Below, in pieces: positions 13,573 through 25,589 of a stretch of DNA of 64,000 nt (positions are counted from its first letter, which is position 1; each line of letters starts with the position of its first letter). Both the position numbers and the translations under genes were made by a program. Origin of the DNA: Schmidtea polychroa (lineage: Eukaryota). Under the pieces are notes generated by a model that was not told the DNA's origin, made no database searches, and saw nothing but the letters and a program-made list of their open reading frames with translations. The stretch lies in the NCBI GenBank assembly GCA_044892525.1, contig CM097885.1:29202001-29266000 (forward strand), read 5' to 3'.

Positions 13573-15973
13573 ATAATAAATAATAATCATAATAAATTAT
13601 ATGATAAACCTTTATTGCAAGTTTCAAGTTTACTAAAAACAAAGATAAGAATTTTCGATTATAAATAGTTCACTTCATTTGCTTAAGAAATTGAATATGA
13701 ATATGAATATGAATTTGAAATTTTGATCATTTAACCTAGTTATATAAGTGTTTTCTATTATTAAAAAAAACATAAAATTTAGCATAATTTTTATCGATTT
13801 TGACAATTTTCTAGTAATTTAAAGATTTTTCTTAAAATCAATATAAAAATAAATAATCTGTTCCACAAAAATTGCAAAATTTTTAACACAAATCCAAAAT
13901 TAATTAATTTTTCAAAAATTAACAAAGTTTTCAAATTTTAAAAATTTCCATATGTCTCAAAAATTTGAATAATGACCTCTGGATCATCTTAAAACATTTT
14001 CCCCAGTATCCCCGTTTTTTTAATACTCTATTTTATGTCATAAGTAAAATAACTGATTCGAATAGATCATAATTTAGTATTTATTAATGGTAATAAGGAA
14101 ATGTTAAGAAATCAAAGTGAAACCATAGAATTTAAAATGAGAAGTGTGAAGTAAAAAAACTACATTGTTTTAGAAAAAACTTAATATTTTCCAACTAAAT
14201 CAAAAGGGAGGTAATTCAGTGAAAAATTTAGAAATCTTCAAATTCACTTGCAAGTTATATTCTTAAGCAAATTGTAGCCAATCATTTCATTATTATATTT
14301 TACAATCCTATCCAGGAAATGGCTTTTCCTGGTAAAATTTTTGAATAATTTTCTAAATTCTTGCCTGATTAATTACAAAATCTTGACAATACTATTTAAA
14401 TTTAACACATGTCAATTTTATAATCGAAAATGATGTTTCTAGGTAGCAGCATAAATTTAATACTAAACAAGTAAATTCCAAGATAAGCCTTGACTGTCAA
14501 AATATTTAATATGTGAAAATTGTCGATTTTAAAATAATCATTTATAATCGATAATATTTTCCTTTAATAAATATTTTTTGCAGCAGAAATTTGTCTTATT
14601 ATTTACTAGTTTGGGGAATTATTTCATGAATTTTAATGGTTTTTTTGTTTTATATTTGAGTTTATTTTTTAATTTTTATAAAACTTTCCACTTCTCAGAT
14701 TTTTATAACATTGCCTATAGAAATATATATTTTACAAATGACTAAATAATAATCCTCGCTTTTTATCTTTTGATTCCTTCTTTCAGTCAATTCGTTATTT
14801 GACATTCCTATCATTGATTTCAGGAGCGAAATAATCAACCACCAATGGTCTCTCTGAGTCAGACTGAAAATAAAATACAGTAATAAATTTATCGTATTTT
14901 AGTGATATCTTTTAAACTTTTGTAAATGGTGTATCTGGTTTTTGATTTTTTGTGAATGAGTTCTATAGATGAGTATGTGTATGATTTATTTCATGCATGT
15001 TTTATTCGCATTTAATGATTATGTTCACAATGTTTCTATCAAGTCAACTTTTATGTGTATAAGTGTGACTGTTTTAATCCCATAACTTGAATATATTAAT
15101 TTTTGGGATTCATTCAATTGGTTAAATTAAAGAAATCGAAATGTAGAAACTTTATTGAGAATCGAATGAAAGAAATGATAGAAATAATTGAAGAATTTTT
15201 GCTTTTTAATCACAATGAGAGTTAAATATAATTTTTTTTATTATTTCATGTATGTAAATTTATTTCTGATGGACATCAAAATGTTAAAAAAATTATTGAT
15301 TGAATTTATAATTTTATTTATTAAAATTGTAAGTCATTTTAACGAAAATGTAGTGTTTATAATCATAACTTAATGGATGTTGTTAATACGTATTATTTGC
15401 TATTTATGTAAATTCTTGATTCGAAGTGGTGAGCAAAAAAGTCTGATTTCTGTACATAGTTCAAATACTCCAGGAATTTATGGCCTGATATTTTGTTTGG
15501 GTTAGCAAATTGTATGTTGGTTATAGTTAATAAATTGTATTTCAAAAATATATTTGTCATCATTCAAATATATATATATATATATATATATATTGGAGGC
15601 AAATTAGGATTTTTAGGAATATTAGCTTATTTCTGGGAAGGTAATTTCTTTTTTAATTGTGAAATTGTGTTCAGTTCTATAATTGGTTATTCTAATTATC
15701 AATTTGCCATTGATCCCGTATCTATGCCATTTAGATATGAAACTAATAATTTTATGACCCTTTTGTATTCATCCTATGTTTAATCTCAGGGTCCAGGGTT
15801 CGGACGATATTATTTTCGATTTCCACATTCAATTTCTCAACACTATTGATTATTATTATTAAATCGTAGATTATTTGCACTTTTCGGTTTTCAATTTGAA
15901 TTTTATTGAAATCTGAATATCAACAATTTTACAGGACTAATTTAGCATTTTCTCATGAAACCTAACCTATTAC

Positions 15974-16210
15974 ATGATCTGCACATTGGACTGTTTCAGT
16001 TATACCTGGTCTTAATGCTAATACAGTCAAACCTCTATATATCGAAGTGGAAGGAACCAAGAAATTTCTTCTTGATAGCAGTAGCCAGATTTTTGAATGA
16101 TGTTGACTAAACCATACCAAGTCGTCGCTAGTTACCTTTTTAATACGCCTTAATTCTGAGTCACTAAATATTTGGGGCCACTGCACCCATAACCTTTCTC
16201 TTAGCATTAC
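15974..16210 (-). CDS. Putative isolated host exon (79 codons, phase 0-0)
   Basis: AG before VMLRERLWVQWPQIF... and GTAATA donor after ...QCADH. Open frame; family not recognised. Confidence 0.35.
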
Positions 16211-17737
16211 CTACATCTCTCGAGAATATAATCTTGTCTTTCAAAGTTAATATCTTTTGCGCTGACATATAAAAATAGATGCAGTTTGTTAAATGGTCGG
16301 CGTTGATGAAGAATATGAAGAATTATATATATTTATTATTGATATATATATATATATATTATTGAGCTTACACCCACCCACTTGACAACAAACTGCAGAT
16401 GCATGGAATATGTGGAATTACACGAGGATTTTCAAACCTTTGGTGGTCAAATTCCATTTACGTGAAACCATGCACACGCATACTAAGAGTCATTTACTTC
16501 ATTATAAAGAGGTTTCGTCAAAAATGGACACATACGCAAGATAACCCAAATTTTGAGCGAATGAATAATTTAGTTTATTAGAATAAAATATTTTTCATTG
16601 ATAATAAAATTTGATAAAATAATTATAAATAATGGTAATTAACGAGATATAGAATTCAATTAGGAATAGATCTGGTAGAAACGGCTGTAACCATCAAGTG
16701 ATTGCAGTATATAGATATCAATCCTGAAGTACGATCTGACAGATTTCCTTAATCGTTGGTGGGAAAAGGAATACTGTACACCTAACAATGAAGAAGTTAA
16801 GCGCGACACCCATTTCCTTGGCACTGTTAGATATTTGAATGGCTTCTATCGCTAAAATTAACTAAGCATTGTTATTTATTTATTTATAATAAATGCTATT
16901 AGAAGTTTATAAAAACAAAAAATAAAATAAAAACATTATGACTCACATGTGATAAATTGACTGATAAATACCTTGATAGAATTCATTCAATCAGAAAATT
17001 TTGCACATTGTTTCGTCCATTGCAAATTATTGGTGACTTTTAAGTAACAATCGTAAAATTGAAATCGTAAGTTCTTTCTTGAGAAAAAAATTAGTCCACT
17101 ATATTTAAAAAATTAAATTTAATTGGAATTTTAAAATTTGATTTGAGAACCATGAGACAGATAAAATTTAAATGTATTATACATTATATAGAGAGAAAAA
17201 TTTGAATTGCAAAACAATTAGAAATTAAATAATTTTTCCATGCAATTTAGAGAAAGATTATTTGGAGGCAGCTAAAAGACGGAGCCATTTGACCACACAA
17301 AAGACGTATAGTTGATAACCAAACACACCTTCTTTCCTAAAAAATGAAAACTGTAAATAAATGGCGAACAATACAACTGACGTTTAATCTAAATTCAGCC
17401 GAATCAATCAAGTTACTGAACCTGATCTAAAAAGTACGAAGAATATCACCGAAGTCTATTAAAACAAACCAATTACTGGAACTGGCATTACAATTTAGGC
17501 GAAAACTTTTATAAATAAATTTATTAATGCAATTTTTTATTTATTACAGTAACATTTTGCAGTCAGAAATATTGATGTAAAAGTCACTTATAAGTATCAA
17601 TGTCATAGAAATTTCAAATTTGCCAAACCTCATTTAGGTGATCCCTAATTTGTCTTTTGGTCCCTCACCTACACTGCTGGTAAATAATAATGCATTATAA
17701 TATTATTAATTGGGTCAACATAGTGAAATCAAATACC

Positions 17738-18020
17738 CAGTGCTCGAAGTGAGGCGGGATAGCCGGGATATTATCCCGGCATTGATTATGTAGGCGGAAT
17801 TGCATCCCGGCACTTCATTTCATATAATCTATAGGTTTATCCCGGTACTTATTTCATTTTATAGGCACACAAACACCCCCCCCCCCCCCAAAAAAAATTT
17901 GTTGGACACCCTCCAAAGTTTTGCAACACCCCCAGCTGAAAATTTCTGCATAAAAGCCTGGAATCCCGGGTGCCACAGCATGCCTATCCCGGCACATATT
18001 TTGTTCCACTTCGAGCACTG
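17738..18020. mobile_element. hAT-type MITE (283 bp)
   Basis: 14-bp TIR CAGTGCTCGAAGTG / CACTTCGAGCACTG, exact 8-bp TSD CAAATACC on both sides, and subterminal ATCCCGG repeats. Confidence 0.9.
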
Positions 18021-18599
18021 CAAATACCCATAATAAATAGGAAAATATGAAAAAAATTGTAAAATGAAATTCGCTGTCTTGAAAACGAAATAAATATTGA
18101 AAAAGAATTTCAATGCTATATGATATAACTTTTTGAAAAATTTGCATGATTTTGTGGAATTCCGGGTAATTGTTAATTTATGTAAGTAATAGTTTTATTT
18201 ATTAAACTTCTATGTACTCAATTATTATTTGTTTTTCTCATAAACGTATACTTCATTTGACAGATAATCTACAACAAATCCGAGTAAATATACTCATGAC
18301 ACAAATATTCAACTTAAAATAAACGAAAAGATTGAATAAACTATAATATATAAACAGCACCTGGACTATAATATATAAACAGCACCCATGGCAAACTGAA
18401 AAAAATACGAACAAAAAATGACAAATATAGAAGGACTATTAAAATTTTATTTTTCTTGCTTTCAGGCTGGAATATTTATCAATTACATTGTCAAAACTTA
18501 GACTGAGTTACATCAAATTCTATTGATAAAATACTTAAATTTGTCAATCTTTCTTGGCCTACTGCCGATTTTAAATAATTTTTAATTAATTTCATTTTG

Positions 18600-19200
18600 C
18601 TGAATGCTCTCTAACAAGAAGCAGATGTCACCGGTAATGTTAGAAATATTCGTAATATAATTTCAACTTTTGGATATGATTCTTTCATATCCAAATTGTA
18701 AATAAATTGAATAAGCTGAAGTGGAGTTGGAAAATTTTGTTTAAAATGTTCTGCTGTGAGATATTTAAAACTACAAATTTCAGAGAAAAATTCTTCAACA
18801 TTTAAATCACTTCTATATTTTAACGCCAAATTTGTTGCTGCATTTATAAGGTCTTTAGAATCAGCTTTAAAGAGATTTTTTGTGAATAAAAATTTGAAGT
18901 CTTCATTTATAAGTATGATTTCTGAATATCTAGAATTTAAATTTTCTTGTAATGTCTAAAATATCTTGTAAATTTCACAAAAAATACTTCTTTTTAGATA
19001 ATATGCAGACTGTATCTGCATTTTTATATTTCGAATTTGGCTTTCTAAAGCGACTATCTATTAAATTCGGCAATATGTTCAAATTCTTTGCTTTTTTCCT
19101 CAGCTGTTTCAAAAAATTTGATCCTTTTTTTAGTTGAATATCAGTTTTGATAAAGCTTTTGTTTGGCGCTTAGGGGTGTGTTTAACTTCTGGATGTCAGA
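18600..19200 (-). pseudogene. Degenerate hAT transposase C-terminal fragment (hATC dimerisation region)
   Basis: ESYPKVEIILRIFLTLPVTSASC matches the hATC motif. Upstream frames are broken by stops and frameshifts. Confidence 0.7.
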
Positions 19201-19302
19201 GGTAGTTGTAGGTGTCCTATGTAATTTATCAATTTCTATTCCTTAAAAGTAAAATGATATTGTAAACTCTGAGTAGACTCCTTCCTTAACGCAAATGATT
19301 TT

Positions 19303-19915
19303 TGTTGTCTTTACACCACCTGTGTACCCATGGCATAGACCATATTGGTGCTATACAAAATGGCTAGGAATTCATGACCAGGTGAGCTCCTTAGTTTGAT
19401 CTACTTCTCATGATATTCTCAATTCGAGTTCTAGAATGCCAATAGAAGATCTTACATCCGTATGGACTTCATGCAACATGCCACACTCGAGACCTTTGGT
19501 CCAGCGAGGATGATACCATTCCCTTTACTATTTAAACTCACATCACCGTGTCACCACGATATTGCCTCTCGGAAAACAGGTCGCCGAACCACATCATTTT
19601 ACTTTTAAGGAACAGAAATTGATAAATTACATATGACATTTATATTACATCAAGACATCATAAACATAAAGAGGGAATTCATCACTCACAAGTTCAAAGT
19701 AAATTACAATCAAATGTGTCGACTCGTGTCAGAACACTGAATAAATCTTTATGGCAGGGTATCTTGACTGCTTGACATTGAACAGAGATACTGAGTTCAC
19801 TCACACGCCTGGTTCGAATTGGTGGCTAAAACTCACTGCCCTCGGCTTCTCGCATCAGAGTGTCGATATCAATCTTTAGTTGCGGATCTATTACCCACGG
19901 GGTGTTTGTTGCCGG
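19303..19915 (-). mobile_element. Older diverged LTR related to the giant element, left part (interrupted by the insertion)
   Basis: Starts TGTTGTCTTTACACC vs TGTTGGGGTTACACC in the young LTR. Shares CAGGTGAGCT and TGCC(A/G)ATAGAAG..CTTAC at near-identical spacing (58 vs 59 nt). Contains a stop-terminated ORF end at an equivalent distance from the terminus. Confidence 0.7.
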
Positions 19916-22900
19916 TGTTGGGGTTACACCTCGGCTGACCACTCTACCATGTTGACGGGTCTAAGGGTTGATTGTCCATCTCGAATAAAAGGTGCCACCG
20001 ATTTGTCAACCTGGAGTGAAACCCCACATAACTTTCTTCCAACATAGTGCCCGTGAATCACTTCACGTTGGTACTGCACTATGCAGGCGAGACGCCAGCA
20101 AGCAGGTGAGCTTCTGCCTTAAAACTACTCCTTGCTGAGGCCTCGACTTCCCATTCACGACTGCCGATAGAAGGGCTTACGTCCATTTCCTTACACAACC
20201 GCTTATCGGGATTCGCTGAATGCAAATTGGGAATTTCTCACTAGATCTTGCGGGTTCTCTACTCGACCCACTTAATTAAAGTCTAATTATTCATGAACGA
20301 AGACGTGTAAGACAACAAGATTTATTAATTTCAATGTTATGACACAAGGATTCAGCTGTACACTTTACTAACGTTTGTCGAAAGAAGAGAAAACATCATA
20401 ATCAACATAGATCGGATCCTTGTTCCTCATCCTGACCGCCACTGGGATTTTATTGTTTCTCCCATTCAGTGTCGGCGAATAATTCGTCGAGGTTGAAAAA
20501 CTCGGAAGCGTTCTCTTCCCACCTTACGCCAGCGGCTGATATGATTCGTGCCGAGGGTCCCGTTGTTAGGTCGATGGACACGTGAGAGTTGCCACCGCTG
20601 GTTGAGTCCTCTATTGCTGGGATGTTTGGCTTTGTAGTAGCGCGCTCGCGCTGTCTCTTCTTGCGCTCTGCACGAGAGAGTTGTTTTCGCTTGGGTTTGC
20701 TTGAAGATGCCACTTGCAGAAGGGTGACTGATACGGATGGACTAGCAGTGGGGGGCTTACTGGTACCCGTGATGACAACATCTGGTCGCTTGGGGGACAA
20801 TTCGGTTTCGACGCAGTCTCGGCACGGTCTCTTGAATGGTGGAGATGGATTCGAGGAAAGGTTGTGATGAGGCGGAAAGATGTCATCGGCCTCTCGGATG
20901 GGAATTTGCACTATTTTCCGGGTTGTAGCCGCCTGCACGTAAACCTTATGCAGTGCCTCGGATTGTTCTCTGATTAGACTTCTTTGGGCACGGCTCTCAG
21001 ATATTAGCGCGTCCCGGCAATGCTCACTACGATCGAGCTTCTTTTGGATCTCTTTCATCCGAGCGGGACTAAACCATGTCCCTTCCAGCTCGTCTATCTT
21101 CCTCTTGTAACGTCCAATCTGAGTTTGTAGGTCCTTTATCACCGTATTTTTATCCGCGCACGAGAAGCACGGCCGTAATGCTGATTTAGTGGTTGGTAGC
21201 ATGCTTGCTATAAATAATACTAATGAAATGTAGAACATACGATTTTAGAATAAATTAGATACGACCTACGGCCATTCGTGGATGCTTGACCGACGAAAAA
21301 AAAAAAAGAAAACTTATTCTACAATCCGGTTTTACCACGGATCTTATTTGTTGAAACAATTTATTTGACCAAATGCCATCGGTTTGACGCATGCTATTAA
21401 CTTTGACTCTCTATTGATCTAACTGTATACATGAGGGGCGTAATAATTAATAGGGGGTAAATATAATATTGGTGAAACACTATAATAATGCTTTAGTAGA
21501 GGGACATTATAGTATGCGACTACACCTTGCTATAAATTATCTATTTAAATTTATTGCAAACAAATTACTATCGCTATTCTCAACATATTTTTTGATTCGA
21601 AATTTGTTATTGGAAGTGCACTTTTAATTCGGTAGTGAATGTGATTATCTATATTGTCTACCATTTGTCTGAGAATATGTGATGAGTTTACATCAGCCAT
21701 TACTTGAACCCCCTAATGGGATATCTCATCGGTCATAACACATGTCCAAATTTACGGATACTACTGTCGACTAGTTGATTACATTATCGACCTATTGTGA
21801 ATGTCACGTGTCGCGACTATTATGTATGCTAGTCTGATATTTTGTGCTCTCACCACATGGATTCGCGTATGGCTACTATCTTATCTCACTCACTTGGTGT
21901 ATGCCATTTTCACGGTGATTTTATCGATCCTGCTGTCGTATGATTTTCTCTGCACAGTGATTTATTTGAGTTATGATTTATGCTACCGCCAGTTCTCATC
22001 GCGGAATTTTACCCTTATCAACTTGTGTGAATGATCACCATCGTTTGGAAATTTATTGGATCTTTTCAGTGATCGTCGAGGGAATAATTCTACCAAATAT
22101 TGGAGCATATTACTACTCTCGTCATTCTACTCGGATTTTCCTATTCAGATGTAATGCCGTCTCGATGAAACCTGCCCTTAGCCATTCGAAATTTTCCCTC
22201 AGGTTCAATAATTTGGATATATACAGTGATGACCTGGCTCTTATTGTAGAAATAAATGTTATTAATTAAATTTGGTAATATTTTACCTGTTTATAATTTT
22301 TGAAATAACTAAGTCTATAAAAACTTTCTGATTATAATACTAGAGAGGTTTTCGTAGAATCTCGCATTTTATAGTTTCGAGTTAGTTAAAGTTTTTAGAA
22401 TACTTTCGTAACTTGACATACAATCTGGACAGGTTAGATGACATTGGGTCTATGATAACGGAATTTCATACGAAATTAGTTCTACTGAGTCCGGCAAATA
22501 GACGTTGTCGCAATTAATTTGATAAAACCATGTTTCCAGATGAAGTGTACTATGAGATGTTGTTATTTTTGACGAAGTTCACTAAATCGTGGTCTGGATC
22601 TCTTTTTTCAATAGGGGTAAGATTTACGAAAACGACTTGACGAAAGAAAAAGGAATGCGACGCCCTCAGTCACTGTGCAAATCCTTGAAAATCCCTTCAT
22701 TCGTACGACTATCTTTGTGAAATCATTGTCTACCGGTTATTTTTTATCCATACCCCATTGTGATAATTTAGTCGCATCTTCAGCGATAGGACCCGTGAAG
22801 AAGCCTTCACATTTCGGCCCAATCTAGCTGCGTGATTGAAATACTCCATGTCCACCGGCTGAGCTCCCGAAGGCACCTCATACCATGACATGGAGTATCT

Positions 22901-23784
22901 CAACTCCACGTTACTCGTTAAATGGAAATTCATAAAATCTTTAATTCAAATAAAATACGGACATCTGGATAAAAATATTTTATTGATTCTGAAATACTTA
23001 AATAATACAAATTCCATCAATACGTTAAAGTTATTAAAATGGAGAATCAAATGAAGAGAGCTAACTAAAATATTTAATCGTTAATATTTAACATTACTAT
23101 TAGCTTTGCAAATACTTAAATAAATCTATAAACAAATGAAATACCCCTTACTATTGTTTAGGCTGAGTCAAAATTCAATGTTGTTCGTTCCAAATAGTTT
23201 GAATGGTGGTCCGTTGGATGTCGATTATTGTGATGAATGGTATTTCGGTCTCTGAACTGGTTTTGAATAGTCGTGGAGTTTTCTGAATGACGGTTGCTTG
23301 GCTAGTAGTGTCGATCCTATGAAATGCTCGGGGTTAACAGTAAAAACAGTAAACATTTTTCTTACCTATGAAATGCTCGGGGTTAACAGTAAATTTAATG
23401 TTTTTGGTAGTTGTATATATATCAAATTCTTATTTGTGCGGACCAATCAGAGTTGAGTACCGCTTATTTCTATTAATTTAATATAATTTTCTTGTTTTTA
23501 GGTTGTTTTTTCCTTATTTTCTTTATTTTTAATATGTTTTTCTATTTATTTCCTTAATTTCCTTATTATTTCTTGAATTCCTCTTTATTTATTTGTCAAC
23601 TTGTTCTATTTTAATCTTTTCTTAATTTTATTTTTTGTTTTAATTCTTATGTCTTAATTATTATTTTCCTTATATCTTATTCTATTTTATTTCTGATTTT
23701 ATTTATTTTATTATTATTTTTCTTAATGTTCTACTTCCCTACTTTCTTATTTCTCAACGATTAAATTCTCGACTCAGCCCAACA
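19916..23784 (-). repeat. 3' LTR (3,869 bp)
   Basis: Direct repeat of 46096-49964. Same length, and all ORF-track translations match between the two copies. Confidence 0.97.
20450..21238 (-). CDS. LTR-encoded protein, 3' LTR copy (coiled coil, Pro/Ser linker, basic NLS-like KPKRKQLSRAERKKRQRER, acidic tail); likely start at 21202
   Basis: 262-codon ORF, GC-richer than its surroundings and identical to the 5' LTR copy. A TAG acceptor at 21208-21209 precedes the MLPTTK ATG. Confidence 0.75.
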   Translation of the reverse strand: MFYISLVLFIASMLPTTKSALRPCFSCADKNTVIKDLQTQIGRYKRKIDELEGTWFSPARMKEIQKKLDRSEHCRDALISESRAQRSLIREQSEALHKVYVQAATTRKIVQIPIREADDIFPPHHNLSSNPSPPFKRPCRDCVETELSPKRPDVVITGTSKPPTASPSVSVTLLQVASSSKPKRKQLSRAERKKRQRERATTKPNIPAIEDSTSGGNSHVSIDLTTGPSARIISAAGVRWEENASEFFNLDELFADTEWEKQ

Positions 23785-24013
23785 AATCACTCGGGGACCC
23801 ATCAAAATTGCGTCCCGCAATTGCATAATTAACTTAATTCATTCATTCAAAAAAAAAAAATATAACACGAACACGGAAAATTATACAACAATGATAAAAA
23901 TTTTATTGTAAGATCAAGGTCAAAGCAAGATCAAGCAAGTATCACTTAAGGTGATAGTTTGTACATACAATAAAAGTTTCCACATATAATAACACAAATG
24001 TTTGAGTTAGAGT

Positions 24014-24682
24014 TTATGAACTGTTAACCATTGATGCTTCTGCTGGCGGCTGTTGGTTGGTTTGGGTATTGATGTTGAGATAGGTCTGACTATTAGATTT
24101 CGGCTGGATTGGTTGATTACTCGGGGTTCGAGGTCGGAATGGGGTTGGGTTAAGATTTGTCAGGGGCACTTCTTGAGGATTTTGGTTCGAGGTTACTCTT
24201 ATTGATGTCGAGATTCTACATCTATTTCGAATTTCGTAAATTTTCATGAATATTGGTAGACATAGGAGGAGGGTCTCTGCGATCACCACATATATGAGAT
24301 AATGGGTGTCATTGATCTCGGGAGGTGTTTTTGGCTTTTCTACAAGATTTTCAAAATCCTCTTGTTGCATTTGTTGTTCCAACTGGTCGATCTGTTGGCT
24401 TTGTTCGAAGATTTGTTTGTTTATCATTTTACAATTGGGGTTCTTTTTACACATTGTTTGGATGTTGTTGATGTGGGATCGGGTTGATTGAATGGTTTGG
24501 ATGATATGGGTTTTCACGGTCATAGGGTATGTGCATTTGCCGGATTCTTGTTTAGGTTCTTGATTTTGATTGCGGTAATCTCGTACGATTTTCGGTTGGG
24601 CGTTTAATTGTTTGTTCTCCATCGGAATCATCAATACCATCATTGTTATCATCATCTCGCCTCGCATGATACTATTATACAT
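24014..24682 (-). CDS. Accessory type I membrane-like protein of unknown function
   Basis: N-terminal hydrophobic segment (MMITMMVLMIP), Cys-containing and coiled-coil ectodomain, TM YLIYVVIAETLLLCLPIFM, and a Pro/Gln/Asn-rich tail. Confidence 0.75.
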   Translation of the reverse strand: MYNSIMRGEMMITMMVLMIPMENKQLNAQPKIVRDYRNQNQEPKQESGKCTYPMTVKTHIIQTIQSTRSHINNIQTMCKKNPNCKMINKQIFEQSQQIDQLEQQMQQEDFENLVEKPKTPPEINDTHYLIYVVIAETLLLCLPIFMKIYEIRNRCRISTSIRVTSNQNPQEVPLTNLNPTPFRPRTPSNQPIQPKSNSQTYLNINTQTNQQPPAEASMVNSS

Positions 24683-24722
24683 TCATTATGTTTATTTACA
24701 ATTGGTTTTAATGACCCTTAAT

Positions 24723-25475
24723 TTAATGGTTCTGATTTGGATTATTTTCACCGATTCTCATCAAGGTGGACTCTGCTTTAATTACCCTGTGTCTTAACTC
24801 GGGCAGCATTTCCAATTGTCGGTCTTTTTCACGGGCTTCTCTCTTTAGATGTCTAATTTCTTTTTCCAAGCGTCTAATTTCTTCCCTTTTCTTTTCAAGG
24901 TTTCTTTTTAGCTCGATTTGTAGGAGATCTTGTTCGTTTTCTTGCAGGTAATTTTGTTGTTGATGTTTTCTTTCTATTTCTCTATATTTGCGGACCCACT
25001 TCCTCATTTCTTTACTTTCCCGTTGGTTTTCTTCTAGTTGTCGTTTTAATTTATTTATAGCTGTTTGGCGCTCCTTCGCCTCAGTTTTCCAGTAGTCTTG
25101 GATTACCTCCTTTGCTTTGAAGCTTGCCCTCTCTTTCCATAGCTCTTCCGCTATCTTTTCCCAGTTTTTCCCTCGCTTCCTTTGTTCGTGTAGCCATTCA
25201 TTTTCCTCTTCCGTTTCTCTTTTTATTTCCCCCAACGCTTCGCACTCTTTCTTTAACACCTTTATCATTTTCCGGTCCTCCAGGTATTTGTTTATTAATC
25301 TCCCGTTTTCGTATTTCTCTTCCCGTAACTCGGCCTTTAGCGTTTGTGTTTCTGTTGTTTCTGCCTCAATCTCTCCCTCTTCTACGTCGCTCATAATTTC
25401 TATCATTTCCTCGATTTTCATATCTATAATATGTACAGTTAATGGTGCGCTATAGTGCGACTTATACGTATACAT
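24723..25475 (-). CDS. Accessory coiled-coil protein (likely start 25421, MKIEE...)
   Basis: Long E/K/R-rich heptad ORF with the A-rich sense-strand bias of the element. TAG acceptor 2 nt before the ATG at 25421. Confidence 0.75.
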   Translation of the reverse strand: MYTYKSHYSAPLTVHIIDMKIEEMIEIMSDVEEGEIEAETTETQTLKAELREEKYENGRLINKYLEDRKMIKVLKKECEALGEIKRETEEENEWLHEQRKRGKNWEKIAEELWKERASFKAKEVIQDYWKTEAKERQTAINKLKRQLEENQRESKEMRKWVRKYREIERKHQQQNYLQENEQDLLQIELKRNLEKKREEIRRLEKEIRHLKREAREKDRQLEMLPELRHRVIKAESTLMRIGENNPNQNH

Positions 25476-25589
25476 TGATATAAAATTTAATAGTTTGGGT
25501 TACAGTCCCTTGAATACTTTTACAATACTTTAATTTTTTTGTTTGGGATATACGTCCCGGTTTTTAGTTTTTCATCTTTTCATCCACCC

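Noticed and set aside
19911-19915. 5-bp target-site duplication
   Set aside because: GCCGG (left) and CCGGC (right) agree only over CCGG, so the TSD is 4 bp.
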